A stretch of DNA of 64,000 nucleotides from an uncultured Haloferula sp. (GTDB lineage Bacteria > Verrucomicrobiota > Verrucomicrobiia > Verrucomicrobiales > Akkermansiaceae): positions 1-64,000 of the forward strand of contig CBFGTS010000003.1 in the NCBI GenBank assembly GCA_965652295.1. Reading direction: 5' to 3'. Numbering within the stretch: the first letter of the stretch is position 1; each line of letters begins with the position of its first letter. Both the position numbers and the translations under genes were made by a program. Below, in pieces: positions 28,208-43,371 of the stretch. A model generated the notes under the pieces. It ran no database searches. It worked only from the letters and a program-made list of their open reading frames with translations, and was not told the DNA's origin.

Positions 28208-29308
28208 TCACCCATTCAATTTCGCCAGCGCCTTGGGCAGGAAGACGCCGTCCTTGCGAATGACCTTGCCGTCGAACTTGATCTCGCCGCCGCCATAGTC
28301 CTTGCGCTGGATGCAGACCATGTCCCAGTGGATCTGCGAACGGTTGCCGTTGTCCGCTTCCTCATAAGCCTGGCCGGGGGTGAAGTGGAAGGAACCGCCG
28401 ATCTTCTCGTCGAAAAGGATGTCGCGCATCGGCTCACGGATCGCCGCGTTGTAGCCGAGGGCGAACTCGCCGATGTGGCGTGCGCCGTCGTCGCTATCGA
28501 GGATCTTGTTGATCTCCTTGTTCTTGCCCGGCGACTCCGCCTTGACGATGCGGCCCTTTTCAAACGTGAGCTTCACCGAATCGAAGGGAATCCCCTGGTA
28601 GATCGTGGGGGCGTTGTAGCTGAGCGTGCCCTCGATGCTGTCGCGCACGGGCGCGGTGAAAACCTCGCCGTCGGGGATGTTGCAGGTGCCCGCGCAGACA
28701 ATCGCCGGAATGTCTTTGATCGAGAAACGCAGGTCGGTGCCCGGCCCGGTGATCTCGACCCGGTCGGTCCGGTCCATCAGCTTCTTGAGCGCCTTCGCCG
28801 CCGGGACCAGCGCCTTGTAGTTCACCAGGCAGACATTGAAATAGAAGTCCTCGAAGGCCTCGGTGCTCATGCCCGCCTGCTGGGCCATGGAGGGATTCGG
28901 CCAGCGCAGGACGCACCACTTGGTCTTCTTCACCCGCCAATCCATGACCGGGCGGAGCTGCTTCATCGCCAGCGACATCCTCGGAGCGGGTACGTCGCTG
29001 GTTTCGGCGATGTTGTTCGAGCCGCGCACGGCGATGTAGGCGTCCATGTCCTTCATCTCGGCAAGCAGGTGCTTCGACATCAGCCCATACTGCTCCTCGG
29101 TCGCACCGAGCAGCAGCTCGCGGGTCAATCTCGACCGGTGGATCCGCACCAGCGGCGTGCCGCGGACACGTCGTGCCTCGCGAACCAGGGCCAAGCCGAT
29201 CTCGTCCGGCACATCGAACAGGTCGATGAGGATCTTCTCCCCTTTTTTCAACGAAACGGAATATCCGATCAATTGCCGGGCCAGCTCATCGACGCGTGGA
29301 TCATGCAT
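28208..29308 (-). CDS. M29 family aminopeptidase
   Basis: [35 protein letters not shown]. Confidence 0.92.
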   Translation of the reverse strand: MHDPRVDELARQLIGYSVSLKKGEKILIDLFDVPDEIGLALVREARRVRGTPLVRIHRSRLTRELLLGATEEQYGLMSKHLLAEMKDMDAYIAVRGSNNIAETSDVPAPRMSLAMKQLRPVMDWRVKKTKWCVLRWPNPSMAQQAGMSTEAFEDFYFNVCLVNYKALVPAAKALKKLMDRTDRVEITGPGTDLRFSIKDIPAIVCAGTCNIPDGEVFTAPVRDSIEGTLSYNAPTIYQGIPFDSVKLTFEKGRIVKAESPGKNKEINKILDSDDGARHIGEFALGYNAAIREPMRDILFDEKIGGSFHFTPGQAYEEADNGNRSQIHWDMVCIQRKDYGGGEIKFDGKVIRKDGVFLPKALAKLNG

Positions 29309-29428
29309 GCCGAACCCATGCTTCGTCGCTCCCCACCTGCAAAGAACAAATGCCGCCAGCTGCCACGATCCTCTCGCAGACGATGGCAAGAGAACCACGG
29401 ACTTACGGGATTGGAATTTCTTCCCCGC

Positions 29429-30508
29429 TCAATCCGCCAGTTCCGCGAAAACCATCGTCCCGCCCGCCGTTTGCAAGGTGCTGATCACCTGCACGTCTTC
29501 GGTGTGACCGATGCGCTGGACGGCTTGGTTGACGACGATCATCGTGCCATCCGAGAGATACCCGACCGCCTGGTGCTCATCCTTCCCCGGCCTGACCAGA
29601 GCGAGGCGGATGCGCTCTCCGACCACCACCGTCGGCTTCAACGCCTCGGCCAGTTCGTGGAAGCTCAGGACTTCCACCCCCCGCAGCCGCGCGAACTTGC
29701 CGAGACCCTCGTCGGTGGTCATCAACCGCGCGCCCAACAGCAGCGCCGTCTGCACCAGCCGTGTGTGGGCGCTCTCCGTCTTGTCCACTTCCATCGCATC
29801 CTCCACGGTGATCGCGATCGCCTGATCGGATTGCATTTTCTCCAACAACTCCAGCCCCCGCGCCGCCCGCTGGCGTTCGGTCGCGTGGCCGGACTCGGAC
29901 ATGCCCTGCAGCTCGTCCAACACAAAGCGCGGAACGATCAGCCGCCCGGCGAGAAAACCCGAGCGGACCAAGCCCGGAATGCGGCCGTCCATGATCGTGT
30001 CGCCATCGAGCACGATCGGCCGCCCCGAAACGCCGTCCTGCCGGAAGCGCACGTAGGGTAGGATGAACGCGAAATCGTCGCGACTGCTGCGAAGAGCCAG
30101 CACCGCACCGATGAAGCCGAAGCCGGCGTAGATCATCGTGCCCAGAGCGAGATTGATCGTTTGCGCGATGTCCTTGCCCGGCACCATGCCGCGATTCATT
30201 TCGATCGTCCGGTCGAAAGCGGCGGTGACCAGCTCGTTGAGGCCGACACGGGTCAGCAGGAACGCGCAGAAAAGCCCGACCAGCAGACCGAAGGTGGCGG
30301 TCGAGAGACCGCGGACGGTGAAGCCCTTGATCAGGATCTCGACCAGGATGAACACCGCCGCGCTCAGCAGTCCGCCCAGCAGACCGGCCCACATCGGGAT
30401 CCCCCACGTGTCACTGCCCTTGGTGCCGAACGCGAGCATGAAGCCCGCGATCACACTGATCAGGACGTAGAGCAGTCGGGCGATGTTGACGGAGGTCGGA
30501 GTTCCCAT
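29429..30508 (-). CDS. Membrane PIN/TRAM domain protein (YacL-like)
   Basis: TM helices, LD...IMDGRI, FVLDELQ, GK...QAVGYL.DGTMIVV, QTAGG.MVFA. Confidence 0.88.
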   Translation of the reverse strand: MGTPTSVNIARLLYVLISVIAGFMLAFGTKGSDTWGIPMWAGLLGGLLSAAVFILVEILIKGFTVRGLSTATFGLLVGLFCAFLLTRVGLNELVTAAFDRTIEMNRGMVPGKDIAQTINLALGTMIYAGFGFIGAVLALRSSRDDFAFILPYVRFRQDGVSGRPIVLDGDTIMDGRIPGLVRSGFLAGRLIVPRFVLDELQGMSESGHATERQRAARGLELLEKMQSDQAIAITVEDAMEVDKTESAHTRLVQTALLLGARLMTTDEGLGKFARLRGVEVLSFHELAEALKPTVVVGERIRLALVRPGKDEHQAVGYLSDGTMIVVNQAVQRIGHTEDVQVISTLQTAGGTMVFAELAD

Positions 30509-30634
30509 GGGACCCCCCTAGCATCCTCCCGCCCACCTCCCCGGCGCAAGCAAAACGACGATGGAGCCAAGCGACCGTCAGGAGAAAAGGTTTGCGCGGG
30601 GTCCAGCCGAAAAGTGGCGATGAATCACCACAGT

Positions 30635-31306
30635 CTATAACTCATCGATACCCGTGATCCGACAAACGCCCTTCTCCACCCGGAAACGCACGTTTCTTCC
30701 GCACATCAGCACGCCGAATTCGCGACCGGGTTCGTCGCGGCCGGCAGGGGGGCGGGGGTCGAGGGACAGGGCCTCGACGATGACCCGCTGGCTCCGCTCG
30801 TCGAGGACCGCGAGGTTTTCCACCCCGGTCACCTCGATCCGGGCCGGGGCTTCCGCCGCGTAGCCTCCACAGGTGCCTTGCAGCGACTCCGCGTAGGGCA
30901 GAAACGGCTTCACGTCGAAGACCGGAGTGCCATCGACCAGATCGACTCCGCCGAGATGGAGCACCGGCCCCTCGGGGCCGAGTTCAACGCGCTCCAACTT
31001 CACCAGTGAGAGCCCGAGCCCGTTCGGCCGGAAGGTCGAGCGACTGGCGAAAACACCGACGCGTTCGTTTCCACCGAGGCGCGGCGGACGCACGGTGGGC
31101 GACCAGCCGCGATCAGCCGTGAGGTGAAAGCCGAACACCAGCCAGACGTGGCTGAAACCCTCCAGCCCGCGGACCGCATCCTCGCTGCGGAATTCCGGAG
31201 CGAATCTCAGTTCGCCCCAGGCCGAGGGACAAAGTCCGGGCTGCCGTGGCACCCCGAACTTTTCCCCGAAGCAGGTCCGCACCCAACCGACGGGCTCGAT
31301 GGTCAT
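30635..31306 (-). CDS. tsaA: tRNA m6t6A37 methyltransferase TrmO
   Basis: EKFGVPRQ, VRPPRLGGN..VGVFASRS..RPN, DLVDGTPV.DVKP. Confidence 0.92.
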   Translation of the reverse strand: MTIEPVGWVRTCFGEKFGVPRQPGLCPSAWGELRFAPEFRSEDAVRGLEGFSHVWLVFGFHLTADRGWSPTVRPPRLGGNERVGVFASRSTFRPNGLGLSLVKLERVELGPEGPVLHLGGVDLVDGTPVFDVKPFLPYAESLQGTCGGYAAEAPARIEVTGVENLAVLDERSQRVIVEALSLDPRPPAGRDEPGREFGVLMCGRNVRFRVEKGVCRITGIDEL

Positions 31307-31317
31307 CGCCGGATGGA

Positions 31318-32859
31318 TCAGACGCCTTCCGTCTCTTCCGACGACGAAAGCGTTTCGGAAACGGGAGCAGGAACAGGAGCAGCCTGCCGGGAAACGGGTG
31401 CCGCCGCTGGCTTCTTGGCGGAGTCCGTGGTCGGATTCCCGAGATAGGCGGGCAGCTCGACGCCGGCGCTGCGGGCGAGTTCGTGGATCGGCGGCAGCGA
31501 ACCGGCCAGGCCCGAAAGGAAGCCAGCGGTGCTCGATTTCCCTTCGCCGCCCGCGTTGCTGTCCCACACCGTGACCTTGTCGATCTTGATGTTGCCGATC
31601 GCCTTGACCTGCTCCTCGACCAGCTTCGGAAGCTGCTCGGTGACCATCAGGCGTGCGGCCTGATCGGAGCCGCCGGCCGACTTGACGATCGCGGCGAAAC
31701 CGTCGGCCCGTGCCCGCAGCTGGGCCAGCGTGCCTTCGGCCTGGGCTTCCATGACTGCCTTCAAACCATCGGCCTCGCCCTGCTGGGTGAGCCGCTGGCG
31801 GGCGGCCTCGCCTTCCGCGGTCAGCTCGATCCGGCGCTTCTCCGCCTCGGCTTGCAGCTCGATCTTGAGGCGCTCCGCTTCGGCGGTCAGGCGGACGCGG
31901 GTTTTCTCCGCCTCGGCCATGACTTCGATCTTCTTCCGCTGGATGTCCGCCTCGACGATCACGTTGGCCATCTGGCTGGCCTCGTCGCGCTTCGCCCGCT
32001 GGCGTTCGGCGATTTCCTCCGAGGCATAGGCTTCCTCAAGGGCTTTGGCCTCGGCCACCTTTTCGGCGGCAGTGGCCAGGCGCTGCGCCTCGGCCTCGCG
32101 TTCGCGGCGGGCGGCATTGGAATTCGCGATCTGCACCGCGGCTTCGTTCTCGCCCTCGACGGCGTTGGCCTGCGCGGCGGCCACGGAGATCCGCTTTTCA
32201 CGATCCGCCTCGGCTGCGCCGATGTCGCCGTCGCGCTCCTGTTGGGAGACCTTGACCTTGGCGTCATTGATCGCCCTTGCGGCGGCCTCGCGACCCAGCG
32301 CGTCGATGTAGCCGGACTCATCGGTGATGTCCTGGACGTTGACGTTGATGAGCCGCAGACCGACCTTGCGCAGCTCGACCTCCACGCCGTTCGCGATGTT
32401 GGCGATCAGTTTGTCGCGGTCCGCGTTGATCTCCTCGATCGGCATGGTGGCAATGACCACCCGCATCTGACCGAAGATGATGTCTTTCGCGAGTTCCTGG
32501 ATCTGCACCATGGTCTGACCGAGGAGGCGCTCGGCGGCATTCTCCATGACGCCCGGCTCGGTGCTGATGCCGACGGTGAAGGTCGATGGCGTGTTGACCC
32601 GGATGTTCTGCTGCGAGAGCGCGCCGCGGAGCTGGATATCGATCGGGATCGGCGTCAGGCTCAGATAAGCGTAGTCCTGGATCACCGGCCATACGAAGGA
32701 CGCCCCGCCGTGATAACAGCGCGCCGATTTCTGACCGCCGACTTTACCGTAGACCACGAGGATCCGGTCCGACGGGCAGCGGCGGTAGCGGCTGGCGATG
32801 AAGAACATCGTCCCGAAAACCAGGACGGCCAGAATGACGATGGGGATGATGATTTCCAT
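31318..32859 (-). CDS. Flotillin (SPFH domain) protein
   Basis: N-terminal TM, SPFH region, long EA/AE coiled coil, IDKVTVWD. Confidence 0.92.
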   Translation of the reverse strand: MEIIIPIVILAVLVFGTMFFIASRYRRCPSDRILVVYGKVGGQKSARCYHGGASFVWPVIQDYAYLSLTPIPIDIQLRGALSQQNIRVNTPSTFTVGISTEPGVMENAAERLLGQTMVQIQELAKDIIFGQMRVVIATMPIEEINADRDKLIANIANGVEVELRKVGLRLINVNVQDITDESGYIDALGREAAARAINDAKVKVSQQERDGDIGAAEADREKRISVAAAQANAVEGENEAAVQIANSNAARREREAEAQRLATAAEKVAEAKALEEAYASEEIAERQRAKRDEASQMANVIVEADIQRKKIEVMAEAEKTRVRLTAEAERLKIELQAEAEKRRIELTAEGEAARQRLTQQGEADGLKAVMEAQAEGTLAQLRARADGFAAIVKSAGGSDQAARLMVTEQLPKLVEEQVKAIGNIKIDKVTVWDSNAGGEGKSSTAGFLSGLAGSLPPIHELARSAGVELPAYLGNPTTDSAKKPAAAPVSRQAAPVPAPVSETLSSSEETEGV

Positions 32860-32880
32860 GACGGAAGCAGGGTGGATGAG

Positions 32881-37355
<4,475 letters not shown>

Positions 37356-37450
37356 TCCTGGAGCGCCGACGGTGGAATCGGCACCGCCCGGTCCTTCCCT
37401 GAACTTCCCCCCCGGGGTAAGCAGTTTCACCCTCCACCCATCCCTCTCGA

Positions 37451-37484
37451 ACCCGGACCGATTCGTCGGTCCGGGTTTCTTTTT
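37451..37484 (+). terminator. Rho-independent terminator
   Basis: ACCCGGACCGA-TTCG-TCGGTCCGGGT followed by TTCTTTT. Confidence 0.85.
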
Positions 37485-37517
37485 GCTCTCATTCCCCAGT
37501 GGAGCTTCACTGCCACC

Positions 37518-38222
37518 GTGCGCCACCTCGTCGTCCTGCTCGGCATCCTGCTTTTTTCCTCCTGCTTCGAGGTTCGCGAAGAGGTTTGGATCCACCGCGA
37601 CGGCTCGGGCCGGTTGGAGATCGACCTCACGGTCCCCGCTCGCGCGATCGCGCTCGCCGGCGGTGAGGCGGAACTGCGCCGCTCGGTGGACGCCTGGTTC
37701 GCCGCTAATCCTCAGGTCGTCTTGGAAAACTTCGCCCTACGTCCCTCGGGGAGTGACGGCGACCGAACGATCTCTCTCGCTGCTTCCGCGCCTTCGCTCC
37801 CGGACCTTGTCGAGCTCCCGGCCGACTCCACCTCCGAGGGAGCCATTCCCAGCGTGGAACATATCGCCGGCACCTTCAACGTGAACGTCTCACCCACAGG
37901 CATCGATTTCCACCGCCGCATCGATCTCGGGGACGCGTTCGGCCTCGCGGCTTTTGCCATCTCGCCCGCTCAGCGACGCGAGCGGAAACTCGAATACACC
38001 GTCCACCTGCCAACCGCATCGACATCCCACAACGCCGACGAGGTTCTCGACGGCGGAAGAACCCTCATTTGGCGACGGAACCTCGGCCAAGCCCTCACGG
38101 GCCCGGTCGAAATGCGTTTCCAGGCTCCCCTGCCCTATCCTGCCGGGGTCCTCGTTGCAGGTGGTCTGCTCCTCGCCATCGCGGGCGTTTTCGTCGTCCG
38201 GCACCTGCGCCGTCGACGCTAG
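37518..38222 (+). CDS. Hypothetical lipoprotein with C-terminal TM anchor
   Basis: Lipobox FSSC; I..DGSG pattern; C-terminal TM followed by RRRR. Confidence 0.72.
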   Translation: MRHLVVLLGILLFSSCFEVREEVWIHRDGSGRLEIDLTVPARAIALAGGEAELRRSVDAWFAANPQVVLENFALRPSGSDGDRTISLAASAPSLPDLVELPADSTSEGAIPSVEHIAGTFNVNVSPTGIDFHRRIDLGDAFGLAAFAISPAQRRERKLEYTVHLPTASTSHNADEVLDGGRTLIWRRNLGQALTGPVEMRFQAPLPYPAGVLVAGGLLLAIAGVFVVRHLRRRR

Positions 38223-39235
38223 TCCGGCACCACGACCACCGTCTCTTCCTCCATCTTGCGAATCTCGCTCATCGCCGCCCGCCCGCCGGTGTGCATGAAA
38301 AGCAGCGCTCCGGGAATCGCCCAAACCAAGGTGAACACAAAGCCCACCAGCGAGGCGACCACCGCCACATCCGGCTCCATGCCCGTGAGGTCCTGCATCA
38401 GGATCTGTAACGATTTCTCGCGCACACCCAGCCCGGCGACCGAGAGCGGCAGCGCGCTGAGCATGTCCACCACCGGCATCGCCGTCAGCACCGGCCCGGC
38501 GTCAACGTCCGAGCCCGCGACCCGCGCACCGCACCAGAAAGTGGCGTAGTAAACCGGCAGCATCACCACCGCAGCGACCAGCGCGGCCAGGCCGTGACGC
38601 CAGCGCTTACGGTAGACGTCGTACACCAACGGAAGCTGTCTCATGAAGGCGATCTTCCAGTGTCGCCCGCGGGCATGGATGCGGTCGTGGATCGGCGGAT
38701 AGGAAACCACGAACATCACCGCCACCATCACCAGCCCGCCGGTGAAGAACATCCACGCGAACCGCAGGATGTTTTTGGTTTCCAGGCTCTGGCTCGCCAA
38801 CGCGTCGAAGCGTCCGGCCGTGAGCGCGAAGAACACCAGAGACATCGCCACCAGGCCCACCAGGTGGTCGAAGAGCACCGTGATCGTCACCGCCAGCTTG
38901 CGCTCGGGGTGATCGCGGATGAGCAGGAAGATCCGCACCGCGTCACCACCGATCCCACCGACCGCGGCGAGATTGAAAAGGTTGCCGATCAGCGTCAGCT
39001 CGACCGCCCTCGCCATGGAAATCCGGATCCCCTGGGCCCGCAGCAGCAGCCACAGCCGCACCGCGGTGAGGACCACGGTCAGGCCCGCCAGCAGCACCCC
39101 GGGCAGCGCCCATTCCCAAGCCATGCCGGCGGGGTTGGTGAAAACCGAGCTGTTCCAATCGACCCCGCTCAGCGCCCACCACAGGCAGGCGGCGGTGAGG
39201 CAGAGTTTGAGAAAGAAAAGGAGCGCCTTCTTCAT
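38219..39235 (-). CDS. Lysylphosphatidylglycerol synthase TM-domain (UPF0104) membrane protein
   Basis: GNLFN....GG.GGDA.R, LPLSVAGLGVRE, multiple TM segments. Confidence 0.85.
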   Translation of the reverse strand: MKKALLFFLKLCLTAACLWWALSGVDWNSSVFTNPAGMAWEWALPGVLLAGLTVVLTAVRLWLLLRAQGIRISMARAVELTLIGNLFNLAAVGGIGGDAVRIFLLIRDHPERKLAVTITVLFDHLVGLVAMSLVFFALTAGRFDALASQSLETKNILRFAWMFFTGGLVMVAVMFVVSYPPIHDRIHARGRHWKIAFMRQLPLVYDVYRKRWRHGLAALVAAVVMLPVYYATFWCGARVAGSDVDAGPVLTAMPVVDMLSALPLSVAGLGVREKSLQILMQDLTGMEPDVAVVASLVGFVFTLVWAIPGALLFMHTGGRAAMSEIRKMEEETVVVVPD

Positions 39236-39263
39236 CGCGTCGCTCCCGTCCGGGGCAGGCGGA

Positions 39264-39521
39264 TCACTGGGCCTCGATGGCTTGGGCGATCGTTTCGACG
39301 CTTCGCAGCACCGCCTTCGCCTTCTCCGCATCGCCCACCTTGAGGCCGAAGTGCTTTTCAATGGCCACCACCAGTTGCAGCGCGTCCACCGAATCCAGCC
39401 CCAGACCCTCGGCACCGAAAATCGGCGTCTCGTTTTCGATCTCCGACGGCTCGAAATCCAGCATCAGCTCATCGACCATCACTTCCTTGATCCGGGTCCG
39501 CAGTTCCTCTCCTTGAGCCAT
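39264..39521 (-). CDS. Acyl carrier protein
   Basis: Acidic 85 aa protein with GLGLDSVDAL phosphopantetheine site. Confidence 0.9.
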   Translation of the reverse strand: MAQGEELRTRIKEVMVDELMLDFEPSEIENETPIFGAEGLGLDSVDALQLVVAIEKHFGLKVGDAEKAKAVLRSVETIAQAIEAQ

Positions 39522-39545
39522 GTTTCCAAGAATCAATGTGTTTGG

Positions 39546-40271
39546 TCAGAAGATGCCGCCATCGATCTTCACGGCGGAACCTGTGACGTAGCCCGCATCC
39601 TGACAAGCGAGAAAGAAGACCGCGGCAGCCACCTCCTCGGGCCTGCCGAAGCGCCTCATGGGGATTCCCCGTTTCGCCTGCTTCGCCGCCTCCTCGTCCA
39701 TGTGGGACAGCGCCTCGGTCTCGATGTAGCCGGGCAACAACGCATTCACCGTGATGCCCGCGCGCGCCACCTCCTTCGCCAGCGTTTGCGTCAGCGCCAC
39801 CACGCCGGCCTTGGCCGCGGCGTAGTTCGTCTGTCCGAGCGGCGGCAGGATCGCGCTGAGCGAGGCGATGTTGACGATCCGGCCGAAACGCTGCCGCATC
39901 ATCGCCGGGATCACCGCGCGGCAGCCGTAGAAGACGGAATCGAGATTCGAGGAAACAACGGAGCGCCAAGCCTCGTCGTCCATGGTTGCCAGCAACGCGT
40001 CGCGGTGCATGCCGGCGTTGTTGACCAGCACATCGAGCCGGCCATCGGCCCCGGTGATCGAGGAAACGGCCGCCTCCCAGGCTTCGCGGGAGGTCACTTC
40101 CAGATTCACCAAGCGGCAGCGACCCTCGAACTCCTCCGCCAGCGCGGTGGCGGAACCGCGGTTCGAGCGCACGCCGAGCCACACCCGGGCCTCCGCGTCC
40201 TTTTCGAGGAAATAGCGGCCGATGCCGAGACCAAGCCCGCCATTCCCTCCTGTGATCAGAATGCTTCGCAC
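39546..40271 (-). CDS. 3-oxoacyl-ACP reductase (FabG-like SDR)
   Basis: TGGNGGLG, NNAG, YAAAK, VN...PG.IET; start uncertain. Confidence 0.88.
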   Translation of the reverse strand: MRSILITGGNGGLGLGIGRYFLEKDAEARVWLGVRSNRGSATALAEEFEGRCRLVNLEVTSREAWEAAVSSITGADGRLDVLVNNAGMHRDALLATMDDEAWRSVVSSNLDSVFYGCRAVIPAMMRQRFGRIVNIASLSAILPPLGQTNYAAAKAGVVALTQTLAKEVARAGITVNALLPGYIETEALSHMDEEAAKQAKRGIPMRRFGRPEEVAAAVFFLACQDAGYVTGSAVKIDGGIF

Positions 40272-40363
40272 CTGCCCATCCTCGACACCCGTTTCGTCAT
40301 GGCAACCCATTCTGGAGCCGCGGAAAGGCAGCGGCACGAATGCCGCCGCTCCGAAAGGGACCG

Positions 40364-42631
40364 CTACCGGCCTTGAAGCGTGATGACGGCCGGATCCAAA
40401 CCTTCGGATGACGCAGTCACCCGGATCTCGCCTTCACCGGTGGCCCGGACGATCCCGAAGCAGCGGCCCTGGAAAGCACTCCTTTCCGATGCTTGGAACG
40501 GCTCGTGGCTGGTGATCGATCCGTTGTCCACGGCGATCAGTTCAGCCGGGCCCTCGATCGCGAACTTCACCCGGTTCGAAGCGCGCGGCACCAGCGTGCC
40601 TTCAGCATCGGCGACCTCGATCTCCAGGTGCGCGACCGAGTCGAACCTGCACGGCAGCGTTTCGCGATCGCAACGCGCCACCAGTTTCGCCGGCTCGCCC
40701 GCCGTGCGCAGCGTGTCGCTGGCGACCTCCTCGCCCCCGACCCGCGCCACCGCCCTGAGTTCTCCCTTTTCAAACGGCACCTCCCAGTTCAGCGCGATGT
40801 CCTTCTTGACCTTCTTCGCGCCGAGCGAGCGCCCGTTGAGGAAAAGCTCCACTTCGTCCGCGATGGCATAGATCTCGACGTTCTGCGGGTTCTCATTTTC
40901 CGGCGTCCAGTCCGGGAAAAGCACCTGCTGGCGCTTCCACTCGATCTGCTCGTAGCCCGGATCCGGCGGTGTGGCTTCGGTCCGCCCGAGGCGGCGGAAG
41001 ACCTTCACCATCGGCCCCTCCGACCACCAACTCCTACGCTCCCAGCCTCGCGGCTGCACCCAGCCGGTGCGGTCCAGCAGACCGGCATTGAAGGTCGTGA
41101 TCGGCCAGCTGCTGGCCTCCCCCAGATAATCGATGCCCACCCACAGGAACTGCCCCGCATGCTGTGGGTTGTCGCGGCACTCGAACCACGTGCTGCGCTC
41201 GTGTCCCTGCTCGGTGCCGATGATCTTGCGGTCCTTGTCGGCTTTCCACGCATCGAGCAGCTCGTTGTCTCGGTAGTTCGTGCCGATCACGTCCAGCATG
41301 TCCGCCAGACCGTTGTCGTAGTCGTGGGTCACGTTGGGGCGGAAAAGTGCCTGCGTCACCGGCCGGGTCGGATCGTTCTCGTGGCACACCCGCACCAATC
41401 CCTCGAGCACCCGCTTGGCCAGCGCCTCGTCATGGGTGTCGCGGATCTCGTTGCCCACGCTGTAGAGCACCACGCTCGGGTGGTTGCGATCGCGCCGCAC
41501 GATCGCCGTCAGGTCCTTCTCCCACCACTCCGGGAAATCCTTGTGATAGTCCTGGCGGTTCTTGCCCTTCGTCCAGCAGTCGAAGGCCTCGTCCATGACC
41601 AGGAAACCCAGTCGGTCGCAGAGATCGAGAAAGCCCGGGTCGACCGGGTTGTGCGCGGTCCGGATCGCGTTCACGCCCAGCTCCTTGAGTTTCACCAGCC
41701 GGCGTTTCCACACATCCAAGGGCACCGCGGCACCCACCCCGCCCGCGCAATGATGCAGGCACACGCCCTTGAGCTTGAAGTTCTTCCCGTTGAGCCAGAA
41801 GCCCGTATCGGAGCGGAATTCCGCGGACCGAATGCCAAAAGGCACGCTGACCTCGTCCACCTCGTGGCCGTCGCGCGTCACCTCCACCTTCAAGGTATGA
41901 AGCTCCGGCGTTTCCAGGCTCCACAGCCGCGGATTCGCGACCTCGATCCGCACGACTCCGTCCTTCACCGCACCGCTGCCCAGTTCGGTCCCGTCTGGAG
42001 AAATCACGGTCGCCTTCACCTCCGCCGCCTCGTCCTTCGAAAGTTCCACCGTGGCCTCCACCACCGCTTTGTCCTCCGCGACCTGCGGGGTTTTCACGAA
42101 AACCCCTTCCGGCACGACGTGCAGCCGATCCGCTGATACCAACCGCACCTTGCGATAGATCCCGGAGCCCGCGTACCAGCGCGATGCGGGCTGCGCCGAG
42201 GTGTCCGCCTTCACCGCCAGGACGTTCTTTCCGTCCTTCAGCTTCCCACTGAGGTCGCAGCGGAAACTCACGTAACCATTCGGCCGACCGCCCACCTTCT
42301 CGCCGTTCAGCCAGACCTCGCTGTGGGCCATCACCCCGTCGAACTCGATCCACACCACTCCGTCCTTCGGGCCCTCGATCTCCCGGCGGTACCAAGCCAC
42401 GCCGGTCGGCAGCCATCCGCCCGCGCCACCGGCGGCCGCGTCCTTTTCGAAGCTGCCGCCGATGCTCCAGTCGTGAGGGGTATCGACCACCTGCCAGGCG
42501 TCATCGTCGAACCCCGCCGCCATGGCTCCGTCCGCCTCGCCCTGGAAAAACCGCCAACCCTCGTTCAACGACACCACCTCCCGGGCGGACACCCATCCGC
42601 CCGCCAGCAACAACAACAACCAGCCTTTCAT
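40364..42631 (-). CDS. GH2 beta-galactosidase-like glycoside hydrolase (exported)
   Basis: PHDWSI, SRWYAGSGIYR, LKGVCLHH, IRTAHNP, YSVGNE, GIDYLGE. Confidence 0.92.
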   Translation of the reverse strand: MKGWLLLLLAGGWVSAREVVSLNEGWRFFQGEADGAMAAGFDDDAWQVVDTPHDWSIGGSFEKDAAAGGAGGWLPTGVAWYRREIEGPKDGVVWIEFDGVMAHSEVWLNGEKVGGRPNGYVSFRCDLSGKLKDGKNVLAVKADTSAQPASRWYAGSGIYRKVRLVSADRLHVVPEGVFVKTPQVAEDKAVVEATVELSKDEAAEVKATVISPDGTELGSGAVKDGVVRIEVANPRLWSLETPELHTLKVEVTRDGHEVDEVSVPFGIRSAEFRSDTGFWLNGKNFKLKGVCLHHCAGGVGAAVPLDVWKRRLVKLKELGVNAIRTAHNPVDPGFLDLCDRLGFLVMDEAFDCWTKGKNRQDYHKDFPEWWEKDLTAIVRRDRNHPSVVLYSVGNEIRDTHDEALAKRVLEGLVRVCHENDPTRPVTQALFRPNVTHDYDNGLADMLDVIGTNYRDNELLDAWKADKDRKIIGTEQGHERSTWFECRDNPQHAGQFLWVGIDYLGEASSWPITTFNAGLLDRTGWVQPRGWERRSWWSEGPMVKVFRRLGRTEATPPDPGYEQIEWKRQQVLFPDWTPENENPQNVEIYAIADEVELFLNGRSLGAKKVKKDIALNWEVPFEKGELRAVARVGGEEVASDTLRTAGEPAKLVARCDRETLPCRFDSVAHLEIEVADAEGTLVPRASNRVKFAIEGPAELIAVDNGSITSHEPFQASERSAFQGRCFGIVRATGEGEIRVTASSEGLDPAVITLQGR

Positions 42632-42747
42632 TTCCCGCATTGGAGCCCGCCCCGCCCCCCGAAGCAACTTCCCCCATCGGGGGATGCAGGCGTTTTCCCG
42701 CGCATTTCCCGCTTGGCAGCTTTGCGCCGCGTCCCGGAGGCTGCGGC

Positions 42748-43320
42748 ATGTTCATCGTCCTCGAAGGCATCGACGGCACCGGAAAATCCACCCAGACCCA
42801 GTTGCTCGCCGACTGGTTCGCCGAGCAGGGCAGAGAGGTCGTTACCAGCCGCGAGCCGACCGATGGTCCGTGGGGGCGAAAACTCCGCGAATCCGCCGCC
42901 ACCGGGCGACTCACCGTGGAGGAGGAACTCGATCTTTTTCTCCGCGACCGCCGCCAGCACCTCGAGGAACTCATCTCTCCCGCGCTCAATTCGGGGAAGG
43001 TGGTCATCCTCGACCGCTACTATTTCTCCACCATGGCCTACCAGGGTGCGCGCGGGTTGGACATCGCCGGGATCCGGGAAAAGAACGAAGCCTTCGCGCC
43101 CTTTCCCGACCATCTCTTCATCCTCGATCTCGACGTGGATCTCGCGCTGCAACGCATCGGTGCCCGCGGCGACATCGCGAACGAGTTCGAGAAACGCGAC
43201 GCCCTCGCCAAATGTCGTGAGATCTTCCTCACCCTGACGACCGAGCCCTTCGCCCATCTCATCGATGCCAGCGTCCCGTTGGAAATGGTCCAACAGCAGA
43301 TGCGCGCGGTGTTGACCTGA
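42748..43320 (+). CDS. tmk: Thymidylate kinase
   Basis: FIVLEGIDGTGKST, REP, LDRY..ST.AYQG. Confidence 0.95.
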   Translation: MFIVLEGIDGTGKSTQTQLLADWFAEQGREVVTSREPTDGPWGRKLRESAATGRLTVEEELDLFLRDRRQHLEELISPALNSGKVVILDRYYFSTMAYQGARGLDIAGIREKNEAFAPFPDHLFILDLDVDLALQRIGARGDIANEFEKRDALAKCREIFLTLTTEPFAHLIDASVPLEMVQQQMRAVLT

Positions 43321-43371
43321 TCCCGTGCCCACGGGTAGCTGCCTCACTGGATCTCCAAGACGCGACCTCCC

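Noticed and set aside
40314..40352. Hairpin GCGGCACGAATGCCGC downstream of the GH2 gene
   Set aside because: Could be a REP or a terminator, but it is a single short copy with no clear U tract, so it cannot be supported
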